From NCBI GenBank assembly GCA_002269645.1, contig NIVC01004344.1:1-49458 (forward strand): a DNA stretch of 49,458 nucleotides, read 5' to 3'. Below, piece after piece: positions 1 through 11,195 of the stretch (positions are counted from its first letter, which is position 1; each line of letters opens with the position of its first letter). The notes below the pieces were generated by a model that was not told where the DNA came from, made no database searches, and worked only from the letters and a program-made list of their open reading frames with translations. Origin of the DNA: Macrostomum lignano. Taxonomy: Eukaryota. Made by a program: the position numbers and the translations under genes.

Positions 1-469
1 TTTGCTGATTGATTCTTCAGAAAACCAGCTGCAATTTCACTATTTACCATTGGATTCAATACTTTTTTCATAAATCATATTCCTAATCTCATAGGTTTAT
101 TAGTAAATGATTGATTGCTTTTGCTCTATTAACCCAATTGAGCAGAAAACTTTAGCATTGAATTCAATAAATATAGCTCCATGTTTTTATACCTGCCTAA
201 CTGTTAGCCAACTGGCCAATCTCCACTGTAATTATGGTAGACTAGGCCTAGGGGCAAGTTGCAGAAGTGCCCACTTAAAAAATATAGACATAGTACTTAT
301 TAGATGATAAGTTGTTTAGCCTTGATAAGACAATCATAGTTATTTTTCTCTTTACCCTAGATTGTATTAATTTTTGCTTTAGGGTCTTTTCTTAGGTAAG
401 TTGCATTTTTGGTCAAAAATTTTACTTATTTAAATTGCATGGCCAGAGTGTAAATTAGGGGGTTTGGGC

Positions 470-1061
470 CATACTCAGGAAGGTGTCACATGTGTGGGGG
501 AATATTATCAACATATTTTTGGAGTATGCGCTGTGTGCAAAGCTAAATATGAATTTATGCACTAAGGCCTATATTCGTTTATTGACAAATACATAGCTAG
601 AGTACTAATGTGCCATAGCAATAAAAAACTCAGTAGAAGTCCAATTAAAACAAAAGTAAAAAAACAGATTAATTTTAATACCCTTTTTTCAACTCAAAAC
701 TTTGTGCTTTATTTTAGTTCACATAGAAAATTGTCAAAAGAATTAGCTTAAACTTTATGGTAAAATTCTATTTTGAATTTTACTATTTGTTTCACTTACC
801 AAGAAACAATTTTTTAATTGATATGATTGGAAAAAAACAATATAAAAGCTTATTTTACGTACTACATATGCAGATTATACATTTAGGTGACTCATTGTAC
901 CAGTAAGCTAAATTTTTCTGATCAGCTTTTGCTATGTGCCACTGTGCACTTAAAATTTATGCTAATCCTTAATTTGTTGTGCGCCATGTGGGCCACTTTA
1001 AGCCAATTTTTGTTGATGTGCGCCGGAATTTTCTGTCATAATGTACACCTTCCTGAGTGTG
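470..1061. mobile_element. Non-autonomous TIR element (MITE-like) with 10-bp TSD, possibly Mutator-like
   Basis: 17-bp TIR CATACTCAGGAAGGTGT (470-486) vs reverse complement of 1045-1061 CACACTCAGGAAGGTGT (16/17). Flanked by direct repeat GGGTTTGGGC at 460-469 and 1062-1071. AT-rich non-coding interior. Confidence 0.7.
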
Positions 1062-1780
1062 GGGTTTGGGCATGTATGCATGTTTGTATAAAATTTTATC
1101 AGAATTGATTGAATTAGATACAGAGATATAAAGGGTGTCCAAGAACTTTTTGGACGCCACTAAGGTAATACCATTATATTTTTAATAGAACTCCAAATAG
1201 AGTTTTATGAGTCTGGGTGCTAACAAGCAATCCATAATTAGGATTTAGGAATATGCTTTTTTACAAAATTGGGTCACTATGTGCCTAGAACTAGCAATAG
1301 CCTATGTTCTAACATCATATTGTTGCATCAATTCAAGGTTGACTTGTATTAAAAAATGCCATTCTTCTCTTTGCTATAAGCACTTAAGTCTTTATATGCC
1401 AATTTGCCAAAAATTTTTTGAAATTTATTAGACTTTCTAACATTACAAAAATAACCTTTGGTTGCAATAGGGCTCTAATATAGTAGGTGTATATGATGAT
1501 TGAATATAGTGCATTCTACTAATATATCATTAATCCATATATCTTTATTACATGCAATTTTTGTTTCTTTATGATAAATTGAAGTCACTTATTGTTAGTG
1601 ATACCGAATCAGCAAACATATTTGCTTTTTAATATAAAACTGAACAATTAGTTGTTCTACTCATGTGCTGAGTGTTTCCATGTCTGCGTAAGTTTAATGA
1701 TGCCTTTCAGTTTATTTTCCTGCTAAGTTTGTTGAATTGAGCTTAGCATGGAGAGGTCTACACCACAAAAAAACCACAAA

Positions 1781-2031
1781 ATTGGTTATAAGCTCCCATA
1801 GAAACCACTAAATTGGTCATAAGCTACCATTGAATCACTATAGTGGTCATAGTGGTCATAGCCTATGCTATAGTGGTCATAGGCTATCATAGAATCGCTG
1901 GATTGGTCATAGGCTACCATTAAATCACTATAGTGGTCATACCCTACTATAGTGGTCATAGGCTACCATAGAGTCGCCGAATTGTTCATAAGCTACCACA
2001 GAGTCGCTGGATTGGTCATAGGCTACCACAG
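1781..2031. repeat. Degenerate short tandem repeat built on a TGGTCATA motif
   Basis: About 10 copies of (T/G)GGTCATA(A/G)GCTA-like motif at 10-40 bp spacing. Confidence 0.75.
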
Positions 2032-2083
2032 CAAGGAGACGTCAAATCGATTAATATAAAGTCCCGTGCTTTCCCTCACGCAG

Positions 2084-2313
2084 AGCGGCGCTGCAACTGC
2101 TGCAACTGCGCTTGCTGTGAGACCACAATGGCCACCAGTTCGTCGGCTGGTAGCAGCCCTACAAATAGTCCCTGGACCCGTTCAACTTCACGCAATAAAC
2201 AGCACGGATATGTTGGTCCGGCCTCTCCTAAGTCTAAAGTTTCACCTGCAACTGAGTCTAATAGCCCTGACGACGTAGTGACAACTCAGCCTCAAGTTTC
2301 GTCGAAAAATTAA
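2084..2313 (+). CDS. Probable terminal coding exon of a gene starting left of the window (Cys cluster plus Ser/Thr/Pro-rich tail)
   Basis: GC-richer island with acceptor TTTCCCTCACGCAG at 2083. Open frame RRCNCCNCACCETTMATSSSAGSSPT...VSSKN-TAA. AATAAA at 2571. No homology recognised. Confidence 0.45.
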
Positions 2314-2956
2314 CGCAACGTTTTTTAATTCTACTACTGTTACTAGCGTACAAAAGTAGTATAATAATCTGGCAAACGATGGTATTGCTATAATTGCATT
2401 GCACACTGCATGACAGACTTTTGGGAAATTCAACAAATCATTTTAGGCAAGTTTGTTGAACCATCAGTCTCGAATATTGTGTGAATGCTATTGGGCTCCA
2501 TCGCAGAATGCTGTGAGTCTGAGTATATTATAAGCAACAGTTGCTAACAATATTTACTTTTTTCCTACTCAATAAAGTTATTTTTTAGTTTTGCACTGCT
2601 GAGTTAAGTACATTGAGTACTTTATAATTTTAACTTAAAATACTCCGTCCAAACCTGTTTTTCTATACATATTTTGCAATTTTCAATTTTCTGGGCCTTA
2701 GTCTATTTGTGTTATTGACCAAAGTTATTTTTTGGATTTAATAATAAACCTACGCTTTATTTCATTAGCGTATTTAATTTTAAATGACTTCAATCTTACT
2801 GGAATTTTTTAGCATAGTCACAGATAGGAGGAGTATATTTCGTGTAGCTAACTTGTGTGTTAAAAAAGATCGATTTTGAATAAACAAATACTTCAGCATG
2901 TTTCAACTGCGCTGTCAGAACCGTCATCAGGCGTGACCAGCTTGTAGAATTCTCAG

Positions 2957-4705
2957 ATGGCTTCAACTACCGCTGCCGCAGCCCTTATTTGGGCCGTTTT
3001 GACCAGCAACGCGGCACTCTCAGAGGACTCGGCTAGCGTTGTTAAAAAGCCCGACACTGTGTTAAATAATCCCAGCGGTTCTACCCAAACACCGCCTCTA
3101 GAGTCAACTACTGTCAGTAGAAAGCTGGACATCACTAATTATCTACTGCCAAGAATTCATAAGCGCTGCCTGAAAACTGACGATAGATTGAATTACATCG
3201 ATCACAGCCTGCTGATTGGCACCCAACAGCCTGATGAGAGTCTTCTTGACGCCTTCATCCTGTGCGATGGCGCTTTCACCTGGGCAGCTGTGAGCAGCAA
3301 CTCTGATGAGTTAAACAGGGAATTCACCTGGCGATTAGCGTTCAATATCAATTCGCCACCGGAATGCGGAGACACCCTGGTGCTCAACTCCAGCGAGTTC
3401 AGTCCGTTGGCGCATCACCAGCATTGGCACAGTAAAATGCGCAGCGAATCTGTAGAGTTCAACTGTACTAACAGGGTTTATCCATATCTGCACAAGACTA
3501 AGTACAGGTGTGTTCTTCCGTGTCTGACCAAGGCACAGAGTTTGTACACTGCCTGAAGATGAGAATAGAAAGTCAGGGCCGATTTACATCCTGTCTGCTC
3601 AGTGGAATTGGAATAACTGCAATGTACCGAGTTTATGATGTCATTTTCAGATGGTGCAAACAAACTGCGACTTAAGTTGAAGGATGTACCATAGAAGAAA
3701 AATCTTATATTTTCAGGCACAAAAATAGCGATAGTGTTTTATGAAATGTATCCCACTTTGCCTCTACGCCTTGTCTATGTCTCTAGTGCTTCGCTAGCGG
3801 AGATTCTCACTAAGTGACCTCCGCTGCCATAGACAATAAAATTAACTCTTTGAGCCAAGGTGAGGCTGGTTAAACACTTTCTTCTACCATGGACAAAACG
3901 TGTCTTGCGAATACAGGGAGCGGAGAATACTCGTAATCTCCGCGAATCTAGTCAATATTCTCCGCTCCTTGCATTCGTGGGATACATTTCAATAACCAAC
4001 TGAAACTCGGAGAATGTCTATGGCAAATGCATATACATAGACATTCTCCTCGTTTCGGTAGGCTATTATACATCAGATCAAATTCCTACCTTTCTATACG
4101 AGTTGAGCATAAAGTCCAAATCTAAAAAATATGAAGTTAACTATCTAAAAAAATATGAAGAAGTGCTATTTAGAGAGGCTCCTTGGGTAGCACATACAGC
4201 TACGTTAAGTTATCAGAAAATTATCAAGAGATGGCGAAAAATAGTATGGGCAGAAAGTAGACTTGAAACAGTCTGTATTTATTCCGCACACAGATTTGCT
4301 AAATTATCGTGGCGTCGCTCGAACATGACTCGAGCATCGGGCATGACAATATCCGTACTAATCTATGCCCGCTTCCGAGTCCATCTGACCCGAGAAGATC
4401 GATTATCGAGCTGTGTAAAGTACATGTACAATGGTTTCTGGTGCGGCTCGAGCTCCATGAATGACACCGGCGGCCACTGCATCTACAGCAATCACTATTG
4501 CAACGGCTACGATGACTGTCTGGACGCTGGCAGTGCCTCTGATCTGTCTTCGGACGAAATTGACTGTCAGAGACATTTTCACGGGATAGATTTTTTAGGT
4601 CCTGGTCAGTCGTCAGGACTGGGCCCTTCGGCTGGAGTGATCGCCCTGATGCTGTTGGCTGTGTTGGCTTCGCAATTGCTAATTAGTCGTCAAATAATTG
4701 TTTAA
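2957..4705 (+). CDS. Secreted/cell-surface protein: signal peptide, CUB-like region, LDL-receptor class A repeat, hydrophobic C-terminus (GPI-signal-like); join(2957..3507,4294..4705), 320 aa
   Basis: Hydrophobic N-terminus MASTTAAAALIWAVLTSNAALS. Phase-2 donor TACAG|GTGTGT matches acceptor TATTCCGCACACAG|A in frame (963 nt). LDLa motif CVKY...FWCG...CIYSNHYCNGYDDCLD...SDEIDC. Ends in GVIALMLLAVLASQLLISRQIIV. The CUB assignment and intron boundaries are inferred. Confidence 0.7.
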
Positions 4706-4821
4706 TTAGCGCCGCTATAGGTTTTTTAATCAAAGCATCAAAACTGCAATTTACCATTTACACTGCAGAGTAGTATGCAGACTCCATGTTTACAGATTTA
4801 CTGACACGTTGGAAACGTTAT

Positions 4822-5213
4822 CGTGACAATAATCGCAAAATAACCATTGCTTTTTTCAACGACTCAAACGACTACGAGTATAGTGCGACGGAGAGGCGAC
4901 TGTTGAGTCACGAGAGCATCACGTGAGTTTTAGGAATCGTAGAAAGAGTCGAAAAATTCGTCCAATAGTCGTTGTGCTAGTACTTAACTTTCTACCAATT
5001 ATAGTAAACTAAGTAACAGTTGTTATAAATACGAAAGCGCCCATGAGTAGCAGACAATTAAACGTCTAAAATTAACTCATGCGACTCTGACGACTTTTAC
5101 CGACGACATTTCGACGTTTTATAGAGTCGTATACTGTAGAGTCACTCCTTTCCGATTTTAACCGTGTCATCTGCAGCAACTCCAGGCGCTTTTTGGTCTG
5201 GGTCACAGAAGTT
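4822..5213. repeat. Interspersed repeat, copy 1 (GACTC/GAGTC-rich, diverged)
   Basis: Colinear blocks shared with 8695-9157: CGTGACAATAAT, AACGACTCAAAC, CATCACG, GAGTCA.CTCCTT..TTTTA.C.GTGT..CTGCA, CTGGGT. Confidence 0.6.
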
Positions 5214-5676
5214 TGGAACTCCACGAACTAAAAAAAATATCAAAAAGTATTAATGCTTGCAATGAAATATTGAAATTGAAAGATTAGAAGCTAAAAAATG
5301 AAATGCATCATTAACATACTACGTGACACAGAAAATCTAGAATCATTTTTTACAATACGCTCTAATAGTTATTAAAATAGTTTATCGATGGTTTTACCTC
5401 ACCTAGTCGCAATGTTTTACAGCTCAATGCTTTATCATGCGAGCTAAAATCTAGTCATATCTTATAGTTTATTTTTATATTCTGCTTAAGCACTGCTGTT
5501 TATCCTAAAAAGATACCTTACTGAGATGCTTATTTTGCTTATTATTATTGTTCCCTATTTAAAGTGTACAATGTAAATTTTCCAAAAATTATATTTATTT
5601 CTTCGCATTCGAAAATGTATATTTTTGTCTAAGCTTATATTCTTTTCAATAATTATCAAATTATTTTGATCTTCTA

Positions 5677-6612
5677 GAATGTAACCCCAACCGCTCATTA
5701 ACCAGGCCCGTTGTCTTCAGAATGTACATGCTCCCACCCCTCACTAAGCAGGCCCGGTATCTCTTCAAAATGTACATCAGAATGTACATGCTCCAACCCC
5801 TCACTAAGCAGGCCCGTTATCTCTTCAAAATGTACATCAGAATGTACATGCTCCAACCCCTCACTAAGCAGGCCCGTTATCTCTTCAAAATGTACATCAG
5901 AATGTACATGCTCCAACCCCTCACTAAGCAGGCCCGTTATCTCTTCAAAATGTACATCAGAATGTACATGCTCCAACCCCTCACTAAGCAGGCCCGTTAT
6001 CTCTTCAAAATGTACATCAGAATGTACATGCTCCAACCCCTCACTAAGCAGGCCCGTTATCTCTTCAAAATGTACATCAGAATGTACATGCTCCAACCCC
6101 TCACTAAGCAGGCCCGTTATCTCTTCAAAATGTACATCAGAATGTACATGCTCCAACCCCTCACTAAGCAGGCCCGTTATCTCCTACATCAATTAAGAAT
6201 ACACATGCTTCCACCCCTTACTAACCATGCAGGCCCCTTATCTCCTACATCAATTAAGAATGCACATGCTTCCATCCCTTACTAACCAGGCCCCTTATCT
6301 CCTACATCAATTAAGAATGCACATGCTTCCATCCCTTACTAACCAGGCCCCTTATCTCCTACATCAATTAAGAATGCACATTCTCCCACCCCTTACTAAC
6401 CAGGCCCCTTATCTCCTACATCAATTAAGAATGCACATGCTTCCATCCCTTACTAACCAGGCCCCTTATCTCCTACATCAATTAAGAATGCACATGCTTC
6501 CACCCCTTACTAACCAGGCCCGAACTTATTTATTCAAAATGTACATCAGAATGTACATGAACCACCACTCACTAAACAAGCCCGTTATCTCTTTAAAAAG
6601 TACACCAGAATA
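5677..6612. repeat. Composite minisatellite: 60-bp unit (~7.7 near-identical copies, 5718-6182), then ~57-bp variant unit (~6 copies), degenerate 60-bp-type units at both edges
   Basis: Unit CAGAATGTACATGCTCCAACCCCTCACTAAGCAGGCCCGTTATCTCTTCAAAATGTACAT. Variant CTCCTACATCAATTAAGAATGCACATGCTTCCATCCCTTACTAACCAGGCCCCTTAT. Confidence 0.95.
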
Positions 6613-6683
6613 TAAGTAAACTCTAGCTAGCCAGTGTTTATCAAATTTACAATTTTGCATGTAAAAACGAATCAATCGCCGAG

Positions 6684-7604
6684 ATGAGCGGCAACCGAAA
6701 GTCAGTCAATAAGCCAGTTAAAGCTTCCCTGGAGTGGGTGCTCGATGACCTTCATTATCAGTACCAGCCTTCGGCTCCATCGAATCCAGACGAGCGGGCT
6801 CAGCTTCATCAAGACGAAGAGCTAAACCAGCTGCTAGCGAGATTGAAGAGCAAGTTCGCTCCTCCTGAACCGGCTTATCTGCAACTGCAAATGAAAGTCG
6901 AATCCGGCATGCTCTCGAACGAAGATGATCCCTATTTCGTGTCCAGTCGTGCTCAGCAACCAGATTTTGCAGATTCCGTAGCTTCGGTTGTTGAAATTGA
7001 ATCTTCTCCGACTGCTGCTATAATGGCTCCGACTCTGAACTCGACAATTAGCAGATTAGCTAATTACCTGTCCGATAAACACGGCGGAGATTTCGGTAAT
7101 GCAGGTAGTAATAGTCAGTCGGTTTATCGAGCTGCCCACGACAACGGACAGCCGATGGAACAGCAGAAGCAGATGTCGTCTCAGGTGTTGCAAAACGGAC
7201 GTCAGCAGAAGGCATTACAACAGCAGTTCGATTATCCGCAACACGTGTCCGTTGCTGCGATGAAGGCTCGGCTGCTGAGCGTGGATCAGGAGAAGCGCTT
7301 CTCTTGCTACATCTGCCAGCGCAGGTTCCACCTGTTCGCTCACCTTCGCAACCACTTGGAGACGCACACGGGCGAGAAGAGGCACGAGTGCGAGCAGTGC
7401 GGCAAGTGCTTCGCCACCCTGACCAGCTTGAAGCGTCACGTGCCGATTCATCATTCGGATAAAAAGTACAGATGCTCCGTGTGCGGCAAGGCCTACGCTA
7501 ATCAAGGCTACCTGAAGGTACATTCCACTGTCTGGAGCTTAATGAGTTTTAATTTCAATAAACTTAGCTATGTATCTATCTGTCTGTATCTATCTTTTTT
7601 TTAT

Positions 7605-7663
<59 letters not shown>

Positions 7664-7797
7664 CCTATCTATCTATCTACCTATCTATCTATCTATCTAT
7701 CTATCTAGCTATCTATCTATCTATCCATCTATATATCTATCTATATATCTATCTATCTATCTATCCATCTATATATCTATCTATCTATCCATCTATA

Positions 7798-7842
<45 letters not shown>

Positions 7843-7843
7843 G

Positions 7844-7876
<33 letters not shown>

Positions 7877-8389
7877 TTATCAGTTCATCAATCCATCTAT
7901 CTATCTGTCTATCTATTTATATATCTTTTTACGAGCGTACCTATTCATCAACTTGCCCATCAACCCTCACACCAAACCCATCTGTCCCAGGTGCACATGC
8001 GGATACACCGTGACGAGAAGCCATTCGACTGCGAACTGTGCGGCCGCGCCTTCCGCCAGCTGGCCCACCTGAACCACCACCTGCTGACCCACACGGGCGA
8101 CAAGCCGCACAAGTGCGACCTGTGCGGCCAGCGCTTCCGCCAGGCCAACACGCTGGACGATCACATGCGCCTGCACACCGGGGAGCGGCCCCACTGCTGC
8201 CCCATCTGCGGCAAGAGCTTCACCCACCGGCTCAGCCTGAAGCTGCACATGAAATATCACCCTAGCGAAGCCGCTGCTAGCGCCATCTTGGCTAATCACG
8301 GCCGAGTGTCCTTGCAAAAGCGACAGAACCAGCAGCAACGCCTGATGGTTGAACAATCTGACGATGTTGTGGAAATAATCGCCGATTGA
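6684..8389 (+). CDS. C2H2 zinc-finger protein, 6 tandem fingers; join(6684..7517,7991..8389), 410 aa
   Basis: Six CxxC...HxxxH fingers, mostly with TGEK/TGDKP/TGERP-type linkers. Finger 3 (YRCSVCGKAYANQGYLK|VHMRIH) is restored only by the phase-0 intron CTGAAG|GTACAT...TGTCCCAG|GTGCAC. Confidence 0.92.
7569..7925. repeat. (TATC)n / (GATA)n microsatellite in the zinc-finger intron
   Basis: About 85-90 tetranucleotide units with few interruptions. Confidence 0.97.
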
Positions 8390-8694
8390 TATTTCAGGTT
8401 GTCTTGGTTGGTTGTGCGCCCGGAGTTAAAACAGCTGAATTATTTTTCAAACTGCATCACTCGAATATTTTGTTTATCTACATTATAATAGACATTATTG
8501 TGCTAGAAAATACATCCTTTTCAGCTGTTTTCTCACCTGCTGAACTTCTGAATATCGGATCAGATCATTTGAAGCTAGTAAGGTGAGCACAACAGTTGAC
8601 TGTCAGCGATTTGGGTTAGGGTTATGTTTAGCATTCAATTTTTGTTGACCTTTTTAAAAGCTTCATATGAAAAATTTTATGTTGAAGACGTGAC

Positions 8695-9157
8695 CGTGAC
8701 AATAATTGCTAAAACATCATTGCGAACAACTCACTAGTGACTCTAGCGACTCTGGTTCGATTCTTGTGGCTTTTAAACGACTCAAACAACTGAAGAAGTT
8801 GCTGTTAAGCCAAAAGTACATCACGAGTTATAGAGTCATAAAACATTCATTCCATAATCGTTTGTGTTACCAGGTACTCAGGTAGACGAAAAAGTTGTTT
8901 TAGCTAACTGCGAAATGCAATTCTAATTAGAAAGTGACGCAGGTGCGCTTTATACGCAACTCGGTGATTTTACAGCGACCCTAGCACGCCTCAGGTACGA
9001 CTCAACGACCCCAGGGTCATTATAGAAGCGTCCCTGAGTCACTTGCGTCGCACCGGAGTCGCAAACAATGAGTCGTGACATCTTGTCGTTCCAGAGTCAG
9101 CTCCTTCCTGTTTTACCTGTGTTACCTGCAACGACTCTGGCTTCTAAGCCTGGGTAC
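8695..9157. repeat. Interspersed repeat, copy 2 (same orientation as 4822-5213)
   Basis: Same colinear motif blocks as copy 1. Confidence 0.6.
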
Positions 9158-10049
9158 CATTTTCATCGGGCTGGTTTGATACAAAATTAATTTGACAATA
9201 CCGGTGGACACGCAAGCAGTTATATGCATTCAATTTAAACTTTAGAGATGCAATAGGTAACAGTTCTATTTAATTCAGTATGCATATAATATAACACTAA
9301 TAATACAGGTTTTATTTAACCTATTCAACAGCTGTATGCATAACTATAAACTTTCGCAGCATTTAATTTATGCTAGTTTACTATTTTGGCTTATCAATGT
9401 ACTCGTATAATTTACTATTTCAGTTGTACTTTTAATTAACATTCAGCGCACATGGTGATTTAACAGGCTAGCATTTCTATTGTAAGTCCAAATATGACAT
9501 CTGCGACTCCAGACTGTGCTAAAATTAATACTCGTATGCTGCTCATATCTAAATAAGTTTTTTGTTATCTTTTTGGTGCTTCAATTATTGGCTCTATGTT
9601 GCATTGGACGTAATAGTTTTTTAATATTACGTTAGAAAGTTATATTCTTGTATGAACATATCTAAGTTTGCTTTTTCATCCAACTGTTTTCGTAAATTGT
9701 TGAATTGATAATACAACATACTGGACAGCTTAGTTGGTGCCTTGTAGACTTGCTGAGAATGCCGTTTGTTTTTTGTATTCAGGATAGAAATATTTCTTGT
9801 CGGTCTTATCTTCATAATTAATTCGATTTTACTAAACTCGTAAGTCTGCGGCAGAGGTATGGTGACACAACTGCTAGAGAAAGACACTACAATGTATTTT
9901 CTTAGAAAGAAGCTGAGTGCTGGTAAGGAGCGTATATTTGTCGCATCTCTGGTGCATTCAGTGCGCTAGAGAACGCATAAAGCGCCTAGTGGGGTTTTGA
10001 CATAGACAAATCCTGTCAAGAAACTATTGAGCATAGGGCGAGTCTAGTT

Positions 10050-10412
10050 CACAGATTCTATAAACACTAGATGGCTCACTCAGCGAAAAATCTTGCTCCC
10101 AAAAACAGATCGTCTATGGTTGGAATCGCTATTTTTAGCCCTAGTGTTAAACGCAGGCTTTTAATGTGTTCTATACTCTTCTACTTTGTTCTATTCTTCT
10201 AGCTATGGGAAGTGAAAGCGAAAGCAGGAGAAAGAACTGGGTGTGCTAGAATCAGTGAGAGAAAAGTTTTTTTGCTGGCTCTACGCTAGTTATAAGCTGC
10301 TGGCGCGGGGGGGCGAAGTCTCGCGAGCGAGGGATTCCAACCATAGACAGTGAGAATTTGGCCTCCACTGAAGGAATGGAGAGTGAGCCATCTAGTGTTA
10401 ATAGAATCTGTG
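10050..10412. mobile_element. MITE with 32-bp TIRs and 8-bp TSD (hAT- or P-like)
   Basis: TIR CACAGATTCTATAAACACTAGATGGCTCACTC (10050-10081) vs 10381-10412 (31/32). TSD GTCTAGTT at 10042-10049 and 10413-10420. Inner inverted repeat GTCTATGGTTGGAATC at 10112-10127 and 10333-10348. Confidence 0.9.
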
Positions 10413-11163
10413 GTCTAGTTCGATCAAGAACTTAGTCGAACGTTGTTTCATATAACCCACAGTATATTCTGTGATATAACCTGCGTCTTCTAAAAACTCC
10501 TCTGTTAACTAACCCTTCTACACCCTGATCTATAGCTACATGTAGGCTACATGTTCAACAAAATCTCCGTTAAAAATTGCATTCAATTTGAGCGCTGGGT
10601 ACAAAAGCCATAGCCCTTGAGAATGGATAGATATGGGTTTGCACACAGACAGATAAAATGCCTAGGCAAAATTTTTATAGTCCCGTTGAAATCGAAGATA
10701 ATTCTTAAAAGTGAATGAAAGAAAATCGAACACCTGTTTTTCCAGTGTTTTTCGCACTGAGAGTCATCCCCTCGAAAAGAGCATTTAGCTGATTGAGTTC
10801 AAGTTCGCAGAGACTCATTTTTCATGATTCTGCTCTAGCACGTCGAAAAATTCTCTATAACTGCCGAGGCGCGTTTCAAAGCTGTTTATTTAAGGATAAG
10901 GCATATTAGACTTAGAAATTGCGTCCATTTTTTTAGTTTAATTTTACTAAACTTGTTAAACATCTACAGATTCCTTAACCGCCAGCAGTCTGATGGTAAG
11001 CAGGGCTTACCACGCTGACACTCCAATCCAAGCCTAAACTTTCGCGAGTGAGGAAAGTCTCTATGAGTCTATGGCTGGCCACAGGCCGTTCCGGTCGGCT
11101 ATGGTAAGCAGAGCTTGCCATAGAATTGAAGTTAGGAAAATCAGATTGAGCAGCTCTTCAAAA

Positions 11164-11193
<30 letters not shown>
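11164..11193. repeat. (CTGT)n microsatellite inside the piggyBac
   Basis: About 7 units of CTGT. Confidence 0.9.

Positions 11194-11195
<2 letters not shown>

Noticed and set aside
5698-6619. Repeat ORFs (EHVHSDVHFEE..., SECTCSNP..., MYMLQPLT...)
   Set aside because: Open because the unit is 60 or 57 bp. No splice link or homology supporting coding function.
7518-8072. IYLS-repeat extension of the 462-aa ORF and the 7570-8013 ORF
   Set aside because: (TATC)n intron read in frame. Splicing it out repairs zinc finger 3.
8613-8626. GGGTTAGGGTTA as an interstitial telomere
   Set aside because: Only about two units, expected by chance.
9627-9887. 86-aa minus-strand ORF as a decayed transposon protein fragment
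   Set aside because: No motif I can name and no termini found. It needs an HMM search.
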